Of a stretch of 64,000 nucleotides of DNA, positions 24,619 to 35,699 are shown one piece after another. The position numbers were made by a program, and so were the translations under genes. The stretch lies in assembly GCF_009834535.1 (NCBI RefSeq), contig NC_045696.1:100938001-101002000 (forward strand). The letters are read 5' to 3'. Each line of letters begins with the position of its first letter. Position 1 is the stretch's first letter. This DNA comes from Camelus ferus. Lineage: Eukaryota. Below the pieces are notes generated by a model, which did no database searches, was not told where the DNA came from, and saw only the letters and a program-made list of their open reading frames with translations.

Positions 24619-26660
24619 TTATTTTTGCTTATTTTGGAATAGATAAGAGATTTTTGTGACTTGCCTCCAGTCAACCATTTTTATCAAGAAGATGACTGAA
24701 GCCTTTCCAACTGCCAGATTCTAGATTGGCAACACATAATTAAATCCGGTCAGCAACAAATAAGTATATGGAATTTCTTTTACTATGATTCTGTTTGCTG
24801 ATATGATTTACAGCCATCTGCTAGAGCAAATGGATTTAACACAGCAAAATTATAATATAAAATACATTTTTAAACAAATTATTACATATGCAAATACATT
24901 ATTTTAGCTAGAATGTTTGATAGTCAGACAGTAAGATAATAAACTAAATAGCTTAGATCCTGTATCTGAAAATAATAAGAAAACATCTATGTACTGCATA
25001 CACATTATTTTACAGGCAATCTTAATGTATACTTTTTGTTAGAACCACTTTGTTTTGATTATTATACTTGGAAATATGGCTGGATCTGCACAAGTTAAGA
25101 GGAATCAGATGATATGTAACTCAGATTTCTGATTGGCGGTAAGGTAGCGGTGTTAGGTACTGGGTATTCCAGATTTTTCTACATTCAGAGTGGGTTTCAA
25201 TTTGTCTACATTAAATTTCCCGATTTCCATTTTCCTCCAAAATATGGGCATACTCAAGCTAAATTCAAAGCTACAATTAGCTAAGATAAAGATTAATGAG
25301 GTTTTAGAAAAACAAAGATTACTTGCAATACAAACTGTCTCGAATATAATTATAGTTTAGTGTTTTGGTCACTAGTGAATTTTAAAACAACAATTTTGTA
25401 GCAAATCACAAGCCTTATTCATTCTAGCTAGAGCTGAACCATAGAACCAGATTTCCAGCTTCAAAATGACAGGAACTCCCAGGAGAATAAAGCATATTGA
25501 TTTATCACTGAAAATCCTCATTATTTTAATCACTGCCATGTGACTGGTTTGGGAGTATGGCCATGGCTTCAGTCTGATAAAAATGTTGTTGATTAGATGC
25601 AAAGTAATGAAAGTTAAATAGAGCAGCAGGTTGTCTGCACATATTCTCGCCGCTTCCCTGTGTGTGCTGTGAGAGCCCCCACAGCTCCACTATGGCTTAT
25701 ATAACGCTTATGGCATAATCATGATTTAAGTGAGGACGCTCACTCTCACATTCAGGCTTGATTTACTGCTTGAGCCAGAATAACTCTTTTTAGAGAGTCT
25801 GAAACAGCAGGTTGTCCACTGATATGCAGAGCAATGAGTTTTATTTTTAAAGCCACTGCTTCTCAGCAAGTGATATGTTTCTCTAAAGATTCACAACATT
25901 GTCCTGCAGAAAAATCCTTCACATGTTGCCTCTGTATTAACTCACAGGCAAACTAAAGTGTTAGATGCTAAAATGCTAAGGTTTTGTTTCAAAATTTACA
26001 ACTATACCTTGAAAAGTTCCTCTTAAGGATGCTAGGGACTGCTTAAATATTTACTGATTCAATTAAAGGAGTGGAAACTCTAGTTGTACTGCATAAAGTT
26101 GTTTCATATTTTTAGTGGATAGTAATAGACACTACTTTTTAATAAGTGGTAGTCAAGATTTGTTTTTTCAGAAAGGTTTTCTATTATTAAACTTTTCATA
26201 CCTGAAAAAATTTTTTCTCTCTGGTTTGATAATGGTATATGCTAAATTGTTAATGGAAGAAACAGTCTTCATACAGTAACATACACACACACACATACAC
26301 AGAGCAATGTACAAACACACATAAGAACTCAAGTGTAGAGACAAGTTAATCGTACACTGAAGTTCATGACAAGTTTCATGGCTCTGAATTTTTAAAAAAG
26401 TTTTGATACTACTTTAATTTTTTTATCAAAATTCATATATTTATTCCCTTAATATCTGTATGTACCCACTTTGATTAATATATGCCAATGATCATACATA
26501 TGTTTTTAACTGTATGGTAGGATTTGGTATGTGATTCTAATATATACAAATTATGATTTTTTTTCCTCAAGATTATTTTCTGTTTCTTAACTTTCAAGAC
26601 AATATTATATTCCAAATATCTAGAGATTATGTTGCATGTGAGGGATAATATTTCATATAC

Positions 26661-26795
26661 TTAACAGTTTATGGCATGGGCACCAAGCAATAAAAATTGA
26701 TAGTGGCAGTAGACACTAGGTGAAGCCGTCTAAGTGTCTACTGGCTGGATCTCAGGTCCATTGAATGAGCTTTGTGTAATTTCAATAGACTGCCA
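26661..26795. mobile_element. Ancient palindromic DNA-transposon-like element (candidate)
   Basis: Perfect 11-bp arms CAGTAGACACT (26707-26717) and AGTGTCTACTG (26733-26743) around GGTGAAGCC; weak outer inverted match CAGTTTAT/ATAGACTG. Confidence 0.5.
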
Positions 26796-27206
26796 TATTG
26801 CGATCCAGATATTTTGTTTTATATGCTACACATGCCTCAATTTTTAAATTATTTTTCACTTTCTCAGTGAACTTTTTGATGAATAGAATTTCTTAATGGT
26901 TCTTATTGTTTCATTGATTAGTCGCATTTTTTGTGTCTCATTTAGAAAATCTTTTCCAACCTTGACGTCATAAACTTAGTACCATCATCGTCTTCCAAAA
27001 ATTTTGTAATATTTTCTTTCATGTTTAAAACTTAATCGATTATAAACTGATGTATGTGTATGGTGTGAGAAAAAGGCCCAATTCCAATATTTTTTTCCTC
27101 GTTCATCGTAAGGTTAAAAAGTCTCCATGATGATCTTCGAAGCTGGTTCTGTCTTAAGTGAAGTCTGCCTCGTTCTGTCATAAAGAGACAATTGCTGAGG
27201 TCTCAC

Positions 27207-27637
27207 TGAAGGAGTACCAACGAACTAACAGACTGGCTACCCTGCCATTATGCTCTCCCCTTCTTGTACATTCCTTAGCTAGAGTAGCTTTAACCCAGAG
27301 GCTATGCTCCAGGAAGGAGGTAATGGGCAGATAATCTCAGAGAAAGAGACAGACCCTCCAGAGTTCCTCCCGACAGCCAGGAAGATTCATTGAGGCTAAG
27401 AGGAAGGTAGCACCTTGTAAAATGCCGATTGTTACCACGTTTTCTGTTTCATTCAGTTTTTCTATAAAACCCCAAGACCCCAACCCCAAGACGGAGTCAC
27501 AGTCTCTACGGCATTAGCCTTCTGTGACTCCCCTTTGCCTGGCAAAGCAATAAAGCTGCTCTTTTCTGATTTCCCAAAACTCTGCCTCTGAGTCTCAGTC
27601 CAATTTTGGGGGTACAGAGGCTGGCTTTGTGGCAACA
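27207..27637 (+). mobile_element. ERV1-class solo LTR
   Basis: TGAAGGAGT...GGCAACA termini; perfect 4-bp TSD TCAC (27203-27206, 27638-27641); TATAAAA 27463-27469; AATAAA 27549-27554. Confidence 0.88.
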
Positions 27638-28571
27638 TCACTATTAAGTCAAATACTGCCCATCACTGCTGAACCCACTGTTTAACAGTAAGAACTCTGC
27701 GTGGATTCTCACTACTCTCAATATTCATAATTTGCTAAGACGTATGGTTTAATCTTGAATATCAAATTCAGTATTATTTTCCTATCTCTACTGACATGAC
27801 TGCTAAAGTTTTAATTTGAATACATCAATAAAGTAAACTCTACTGAAAGTTTTTCTAATGTTAAACCAACTTTTATCTAGGGGAACAAACTCATTTCCAA
27901 ATTTGCCAAAATTCAGTATCTTTTTTTATATATTGCCAGACTAGCTTCCCTAAATTTTATTTAGTATTTTTGCATCAATATAAATTAATGAGATTAGCTT
28001 TTTATCTGTGATCCTTGTCAAATCTGGATACCAAATTTATGTACACTCCATGAAATGAGTTTTGGAAAAAATTTTTTCTTCTATATCTTGGATTAGACTG
28101 GGCATTATTGGGATATTATTTTTTTCAGAACTTTATTGGTCACACTGGTAAAACCATCTAACTTAAGATTTTCACTTAGGGGTTTAAAATATGTTAGACA
28201 TTTTCACCTTATCGTTTCAGTTTCTTAATCTCCCCTTCATACATTTAATTTTCTTGCTGTGATAGTTTTCTGGATAATTTTTTCAAATCTATCTTCCATG
28301 TAAATAATATTTGTGTATATTTGTGTATCTTCCATGTAATTATATTTTCCTAGTCTGCTACTTAACCTCAATCCTTTAACTTTCGGTTTCAAACATTTTA
28401 CTATCTTAATTCCTAGATTTTTTCCTAACTGTCTCTTTTTCATATTTTATATTCTATTATATTTTTGAAATATCTTGGAAAGAATGTAGTTTCCTATATT
28501 CTGGTAATTGCAATATCTAAAGATTTTACAAATCCATATCTTCTGTCTCTTGTTTTCGCTGTTACTTTTGG

Positions 28572-29055
28572 TGAAGTAATAAGAATGTGCTCATATTTCT
28601 GCACAATTACAGGCTTTCTGAGCACATAAAACTGAAACCTGGGTCATAGGAAAAGTCTTGGAAGTTAAAAGATGTTTGAATAGATAGAGATCTCCAGAAA
28701 GATTTGCCTCCTGAAAGGCCTGTATTTACATTTAAAAGAGGATAAAACTCAGAGTCATTAACAAAGGATTTGTTTATATTAAGAAGATTCCTTTTTCTCT
28801 CTTTTTTCATTGATAAGGAGGGCAACTATCATGTATATATTACCAGATTCATAATTTGGGGAACCTTCTCCCATATCACCCCCGCTGCTGTACATTCAAG
28901 GTATAACCATATGCTTCTCATCACAGCACCTGAAAGGGGAAATGGGGAGACGGCAATCAATATTGTTATTCCCGTAAGTAATAATAGTTCGACGTGACAC
29001 AGAAATCTTGCTTTTGCTTTCAAAAAAGAAAAAACAAGTAAAACTTATAAATGAC
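28572..29055 (+). mobile_element. ERVL-type LTR (LTR40-like architecture)
   Basis: CTCATATTTCTGCAC, GATGTTTGAATAG and CCCGTAAGTAATAATAG...GACACAGAAATCTTG occur in the same order as in LTR40-family LTRs; no clean TSD, ends approximate. Confidence 0.55.
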
Positions 29056-29204
29056 TTTTATGATGTTTTTACTGTGAGCTGTTAATTTTTTTCTTGAAAA
29101 TCTGTCTGTTTGAATTCTTTGAGGTTTGGGTGAGGGTGAACTTCTACACAGAAAACTTGTGTAACCTTTTTACACATTCTCGGGGAATTGCTTCTAGTGG
29201 TATA

Positions 29205-29365
29205 ATTGTAGACAAATGGTTAAACTTTCCTTGCTTCAGTTTTCTCAGTTGAAAATTTCAAATAAAAATATTTTATGTGATTTTTACATAAATAATAAAA
29301 ATAACATTCAAGATATAAATATAGTGCCTAACAATCAGTGATCTATTAATGTGAGTTATTATAAA
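29205..29365 (+). mobile_element. MIR SINE
   Basis: GACAAATGGTTAAACTTTCCTTGCTTCAGTTTTCTCAGTTGAAAAT...TAGTGCCTAACA. Confidence 0.6.
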
Positions 29366-29974
29366 TATTCTGCTGTAGTAAAATTTTATCAGCTAACTTC
29401 AAAACATCTTCTAATTATGAGGAATATTTGGAAATGTTTGCAAATGCTTCAAATTGTTTTCATATCATAAAAAGTAAGAACAGCAAGATAACTTATTGTG
29501 ACGAACCATTTGCAAAACATTATTCACGTTACTATAGATAATAAATACGTAAGACTAATCTTTACCCCGCATGATTCTATAATCGGGATGGGAGACATGG
29601 CATATGCATATAAGGAGAATAAGCAACAATCCCAAGAAACTATGGCATTTACCAAATTAAGAGAGATGATTATAAGGACTACAACTTTACAAAGGAATGG
29701 GAAATGATTATAGACTGGAGTTGTGGAGAAAAGCTTGAAGGATAATTTAGACTCTCTAAAACATTATGGTAGTAAAGTTCTTACATTGTTTGTAAAACAG
29801 TGTATTTTTTAAGGTAAAATGGGATAATTTTAGGGTAACTTTTTAACTCTAGAGCAATCATTAGGATATAACAGTCAAAGTTACAATTCAATATAGGAGA
29901 AAAATTGGAATACCCAAAAGGTACAATACTGAAAAGAAGGGAGAAGGGGGAGAGAAACAACAAACAAGTCGGAT

Positions 29975-30782
29975 TGTTTGAGCAGGCAGAGAACTAGACA
30001 GGAGCAGAGAAAGGCGGCACGGGCCAAATGGCAGGAAACCATACATCCTGTGAATGATGGGGGTCCTTGGGCAGACAGAGAAAAGCAGGAACCTCCAGAT
30101 TGATAAGAAATCACACATTTTGGAGTGACAGACAAAAAGGGTGGGAAAAGGCAGGAATCTCCAGTGTCCAAAACCTTTTGCTCATTATGCCCTCATTACA
30201 ATAAAATTAGCCTTGCAGATTAAAAGTACCCATTATGCACTGACACCATGACACTTTTGATCAAGACTAATTTGGGAGTCTGAAATTTGCAAATGTTAAC
30301 CGCTATATATAAAAATAGATTAAAAAACAAATTTCTTCTATATAGCACAGGGAAATACATTCAGTATCTTATGATAACCTTTAATGAAAAAGAAAAATGA
30401 ACATATGTACATATATGCATGACTGGGACACTATGCTGTACACCAGAAGCTGACACACTGTAACTGACTATACATCAATTAAAAAAAAAAAAAAAAGACT
30501 AAATAAGGACAAAAATTCCTCCTCCCCTGGGAAGGTGGAGCTGGGATGGAAATCAGGACATACAACTACAAACCTCTTCCTTTCCAATGAATAGTCTGCC
30601 CATTCATTTTTTACACTCTGTGTAGCCAGCTTGCCAAAGAAACTCAAGGCAGCACTCACTTGAGTCTGACTGCTCTCCCCTTGAGAGTGTTCTACCACTT
30701 AATAAATCCTCAGTTTATCTTCCTGACATCTGTGTCTTGTCTTTGAATTCTTTCTGTGACAAGAACCTGCTCTCTGGTAACA
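29975..30782 (+). mobile_element. ERV1-class solo LTR, interrupted by a young L1
   Basis: TGTTTGAGCAGG...CTGGTAACA termini; perfect 4-bp TSD GGAT (29971-29974, 30783-30786); AATAAA at ~30701 followed by U5-like GTCTTTGAATTCTTTCTGTGACAAGAACC. Confidence 0.88.
30271..30494 (+). mobile_element. Young 5'-truncated L1 3' UTR with poly(A)
   Basis: TATAGCACAGGGAAATACATTCAGTATCTT...TGCTGTACACCAGAAGCTGACACACTGTAACTGACTATACATCAATT plus A-run; TSD AAGACTAA at 30263-30270 and 30495-30502. Confidence 0.92.
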
Positions 30783-30904
30783 GGATAAATATAAAATAAG
30801 CATTTATGGCAGATGTATAGCCAACTGTATCTAAAACTGCATTAAATATAGAAAGACTTAAGAACTCAAAAGTCATATATTATTATCAGAATAATAAAAT
30901 AATA

Positions 30905-32366
30905 CAGGCATACCTCGGAGATATTGCAAGTTTGGTTCCAGATCACCGCAATAAAGCAAGTATCACAACAAAGAGGGTCACACAAATTTTTTGATTTCCT
31001 AGTATATATAAAAGTGGAATAAGGAAGCAGCTCCTCATCCCTTAAAATTTTATCATGATTGCAGCAATTCAATCACATCTTCAGGCTCCATTTCTAATTC
31101 CAGTTCTCATGTTATTTTCACATCTGCAATTACATCCTCCACTGAAGTCTTAAATCCCTCAAAGTCATCCATGTGGATTGAAATGAACTTCTTCCAAATT
31201 CCTTATAATATTGACATTCTGAGCTCTTCTCATGAATCATAAATGTTCTTAGTGATATCTAGAATGATGAACCCTTTCCAGAAGGTTTTCAGTTGACTTT
31301 GCCCAGATACATCAGAGGAATCAGTATCTATGACAGCTGGAGCCTTCTGAAATTTACTTCTTAAATAATAAGACTTGAAGGTCAAAATTACTTCTTGATC
31401 AAATTTTTTTTTTTTGAGCAGTAGGTCTCAGCAGTGGGCTTAAGGTATTCAGTAAGCATGCCATAAACAGATGTGCTTTCATCCGATTTTGTTTTTCCAT
31501 TTATAGAGCACAGGTAGAGTCGATTTACAGTAACTTTTAAGTGCCCTAGGGTAAATGCGCACTGGCTTCAACATAATGTCACCAGCTATATCAGCCTACA
31601 AGAGAATTAGCCTGTCTTTTGAAGCCTTGAAGCCAGACATTGACTTCTCCTCTCTGGCTATGAAAGTCCTAGATGGCATCTTCTGTTTTGTCTACATTGA
31701 AAATCTGTTGTTTAGTGTAGTCACCTTCATGAATTATCTGAGCTAGATCTTCTGGATAACTTGCTGCAGCTTCCACATCAGCTTTTCCTTTGCAATCAAT
31801 TTGGCTAACTGTTTGGCACAAGAGGTCAGTTTTCAGCCTATCTCAGCTTTCAACATGCCTTTCTCACCAAATCTAATCATTCTAGCTTTTGATTTAAAGT
31901 GAGAGACTTGCAACTCTTCCTTTCACTTGAACACTTAAAAGTCATTGTAGAGTTAATTGTTGGCCTAATCTCAATATTGTGTCTTAAGGATTAGGGAGGC
32001 CTGAGGAGAGGGAGAGAGACAGGGAACGGCCTGTCGATGGGGCAGTCAGAATGCACACACTTATTGAATAAATTTGCCATCTTATATGGGTGTGCTTTGT
32101 GTCACCCCCAAACAATTACAATAGTAACACCAAAGATCACTGATCACAGATCACCATAGCAGGTATAATAATAATTATAAAGATTGAAACATTGTGAGAA
32201 TTACCAAACTGTGACACAGAGACACAATAGTTAGCAAATGCTGTTGGAAAAATGATGATAATAGACTTGCTAGACACAGGATTGCCACAAACCTTCAATT
32301 TTGTAAGAAAAACACAATGTCCACAAAGTGCAATAAAGTGAAGTATGATAAAATGAGGTTTGCCTG
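30905..32366 (-). mobile_element. Tigger1 (TcMar-Tigger) DNA transposon, internally deleted
   Basis: TIRs CAGGCATACCTC and GAGGTTTGCCTG; TA left flank, TG right flank; internal sequence matches Tigger1 (AAGCCTTGAAGCCAGACATTGACTTCTCCTCTCTGGCTATGAAAGTCCTAGATGGCATC); about 1.46 kb versus about 2.4 kb full length. Confidence 0.95.
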
Positions 32367-32674
32367 TGCTCATCTAAACGTTGATTAAACCACACACAGT
32401 CACACAGACACACATATTTTAAACATAAAAATGGACTTAAAATGAATTTCCACGAACTTTATGAAGAAATTTAAAATCCAGCAGAAGACACCAAAACACC
32501 TAACCAAGTAGGAAGGCATACTATGTTCTCAGAGATAAAAGCTCAGTATCATACAGATCTCAGTTCTCACTGAGATAAACTTAATTCTAACACAGGCTGA
32601 GTGTAAATTTCATGTGGAACTGGTTTTAATGTCTGAAGGACATAAAGAAGACTTTAGCTAATAAAAAGTGTATT

Positions 32675-33085
32675 TGTTAAGAACTGCAGAATCTGAGGTT
32701 TTATCCTACTTGCAAATTGTAAAGTTTGCTTACCAGAGCCTCAGTATGTTGGCAGAAGACACAAGAATCCTGGGTCAGAAACAAAGGACATTACCACACA
32801 CAGAGATAGCAGTTGCTAGGTTATAGATGTGTCTTTGTACCAGAGCTCTGGTTCCTAGAGGGTGACTCAGAGAGCCAGATGACAAATGCATAACCAGCTG
32901 GTTTCATTACAGAAGAGAAAATCTGGCTTAAGAAAACAGGACAAATTTATAATGGGCATTAAACCTGCCTACTCTCTGTTTGGGAGGGAAGAATTATCTT
33001 TGTGCATAATTGCTTTATAGGAGGACTCTGTCTGCATCTTCCCAGCCTGGTCTACAGAAGCATCCAGAACAAATGGACCATTTTT
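32675..33085 (-). mobile_element. ERVL LTR, LTR40-like
   Basis: TGTTAAGAACTGCAGAATCTGAGGTTTTATCCTACTTGCAA...GGCAGAAGACACAAGAATCCTGGGTCAGAAACAAAGGAC is the reverse complement of the LTR40 3' end. Confidence 0.8.
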
Positions 33086-33490
33086 CACTTTTTTATTTTG
33101 AAGTAATTTCATGCTTACAGAAAAGATTCACCAATTGTCAAAATCTTCCACTTGCCATCTCTTCTGTCTCTCTGTCTCTCTCTCTATCACCACTCCCCTA
33201 TCTCGTCCTTCTCCCTTCCCCTCTGTCTCTCTGTCTCTCTTTTCTAGCCATCTGAAGGTAACTTGAAGACATAATGCTACATTATCTCCTATATTTCAGT
33301 GTATATATCTTTAAAAAAAAAACTGTATAACCATCATGTTCCAGGAATTAAATCACCCTTTTTGCAGTGCTACCTTATACTCCACAGAGTATTTAATTTC
33401 ACAAAATACTACAATAAAGTCTTTTATGGAACCAGGACTCAATCAATTACAGTACAAAATTTAGTTGTCCTGTTTCTGTAATCTACTTCA
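33086..33490 (-). mobile_element. L1MC-type 3' end fragment
   Basis: TTTTATTTTGAAGTAATTTCATGCTTACAGAAAAG...CCATCTGAAGGTAACTTGAAGACATAATG...TATTTCAGTGTATAT. Confidence 0.65.
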
Positions 33491-35034
33491 AAATATATCC
33501 TGGATAAGGCTATATTTCACAACATGACTCATATTTTAGCACTCTGACCCTTGCCACTATTATTTTCCTATATTTTTTTCTTAATTTTAAATACTTTTTT
33601 TCTGATACATAGAGATAATTCCTAAAATAATACTTGTATTGAAAAATTTTATAGCAACTTTAAATGAGCTCTTATTATTATTATTGAGTTATTTTAGTGT
33701 AATATAAATATTTTGTACAATAACATAATTGATATATGTGCCAGAACAAGAATTGATCATACTCTGGATACATGCAAATACAAATCACTTTCTTTTAAAT
33801 TTCTCTTGAAAAGATGCAGCAAAATACTTTAGCAATGCTTAATAAAATTTATAGCTGAATGATTTTTACCTATGAAGTTTCAAAAGACTCAAATATTTTA
33901 ATTGTAGGTATAATACAAATAAGAATTATACATCAGTGCTTTGCTAGTATCTGAAAAAGGTCACTTGTTAAATACACAATATTGTTTCCCACTTTGTAAC
34001 AAAAACACTGTCCTATAACTTACTTATCATACTGCTACAGAGAGAAAAAGGACATCACTAATAATAAGACAGACAAAGTAAACATGCTTTAAATTATTGT
34101 AATGTTTATAAGTTAACAGAATAAAATTCTCTTCACAAGGAGTTAAGAGCAACTATTTAAAAAATTCTAGTAAAATATTAAAATAATTGTTCTTCAAAGC
34201 TTTCCCATGATCAGAAGAAAAAATGTACACACAAATAAAAATGAAAATATTGTTTCTTTTTCCTTTAAGAATATGAGTATAATGATTGGGGAAATTGAAG
34301 CAAATGCAATTTTTTAGTGAAGCTTGGGGAAAACGAAATCTCATGTAGATATTTCAAGACACCATTGGGAACATATAATCATTCTCTCCTACAGTCACTG
34401 TGCAGACTGAAAGAAATAATATATATTTTCAGAATGAACACAGCAAATGAAATATACTTCTTTTCTTAAGACATTTCTCAGTCTTCCAATAATAGAGATG
34501 TTATTTTTCATGTCTATAATCCCCAAGGCAATTATGAGGCTTTTTAAGGAACAAGAGAAGGTGTATATTTTACCTTTTGTCTCCTCAAAGAACAAAAATC
34601 AACTTTATGTTTTATAGTCAGCTTTGTAAGATAGACTATATTTAGTGGCCTTACATCATGAGCCTTTAAACTGATGTCTTAGGAAACCTAGGGCTCTAAA
34701 TTTATATTTGAGAGACCAGGATCACACTTTGTTTCCGTAAGGCCAGATCATATTACCTGCACAAGCTTCATGTTCTTTAACTCTGAGGGACAATTTTGTG
34801 AGGTACATTAAATGATTAAATTAAATGATCTGTGTACAAATACTCTTTAAAGTATTCATGATAATGTATGACATTGTGATTGCTTGAATAACTTAGTTGT
34901 ATCTAATTCTTTTCACTAAATCCACACACAGAAAGCTTTCAGACGTGATGGGAATCTATAATTATGAATGAGGGACATATTGAAACAGTGTACAGGAAAA
35001 AAAAAAGGTGACCCATGAAAGAGATGGCTAATGG

Positions 35035-35215
35035 TTAGATAGGTAGATAGATAGATATATGATAGGGGAAAGAAAGGAAGGAAGGGAGGGAGGGAAGGAG
35101 GGAGGAAAGAGAGAAAGAGAGAAAGAAAGTAAAGAAAGGAAGGAAGGAAGGAAGAAAGAAAGAAATGCAGATGGGTGGACAGAAAAGAGTAAGAGGGTGG
35201 GGGAAGGAGAGAAAC
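35035..35215 (+). repeat. (GATA)n plus (GGAA)/(GAAA) purine-rich compound microsatellite
   Basis: Seen directly. Confidence 0.92.
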
Positions 35216-35699
35216 AATAAATAAAGGGTGTAAAGATGTCAAATACTATGTATTTAGAGTTCTATATGGTTAATGATATTGGCAATAAGTACATTTTTAC
35301 TATGTTCTCTAAAACCTATGTCTATACAGTCTCCTGCATCATTCTTATAACAATCATTTTAAAATAAGGAAATGTGTGTGTGTATTTATATTATTTTTCA
35401 GCTGTTTGTCCAAATCTTGGCATGGTGCCATGCACATAATAGGGACTCACGAAATATTTTTTTGAGAAAATATTAGGAAAATTCCCCAAAATATTAATGT
35501 TTTTACTAAAATTTCCAGCCTCTTTTTTCTATGGCTTCACTGGGAGCAAGACCCTTCACTGAGGAAAGAAACTTTCTCCTACTTACTAATATTAACCTTT
35601 AACCTGATACTTTCAACTCTATAAAAAAATCATGTCTTCTTTGTAGCACATGTACCAAGAAAACAGAACACCCCGAGGTGTGATACCCCACAGAATACC

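Larger units (their letters stand above)
26830..29190 (-). mobile_element. Decayed L1ME/HAL1-type element, interrupted by two LTRs
   Basis: Reverse ORF2 motifs (GTGTATGGTGTGAG, TTTTTGCATCAATAT, GGATACCAAATTTAT, CTGGTAAAACCATCT); ORF 28237-28443 resembles the ORF1 coiled-coil region. Confidence 0.65.
29740..32640 (+). mobile_element. Old L1ME fragments (inter-ORF/ORF2) hosting an ERV1 LTR and Tigger1
   Basis: ATGGCAGATGTATAGCCAACTGTATCTAAAACTGCATTAAATATAGAAAGAC (ORF2 start-like, ~30806) and AGTAGGAAGGCATACTATGTTC (~32510); contiguity across the insertions is inferred. Confidence 0.55.

Noticed and set aside
27098..27206. CpG-containing stretch next to the LTR that looked like ERV internal sequence or a retrocopy
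   Set aside because: It follows the order of reverse L1 ORF2 motifs, and the TCAC TSD shows the LTR is solo.
28844..28929. Apparent 86-nt minus-strand exon (TTTCCCCTTTCAG acceptor, CTG|GTAATA donor, one open frame GAVMRSIWLYLECTAAGVIWEKVPQIMNL)
   Set aside because: Lies inside an ERVL-like LTR, the peptide is unrecognised and no partner exons were found; at most a cryptic exon.
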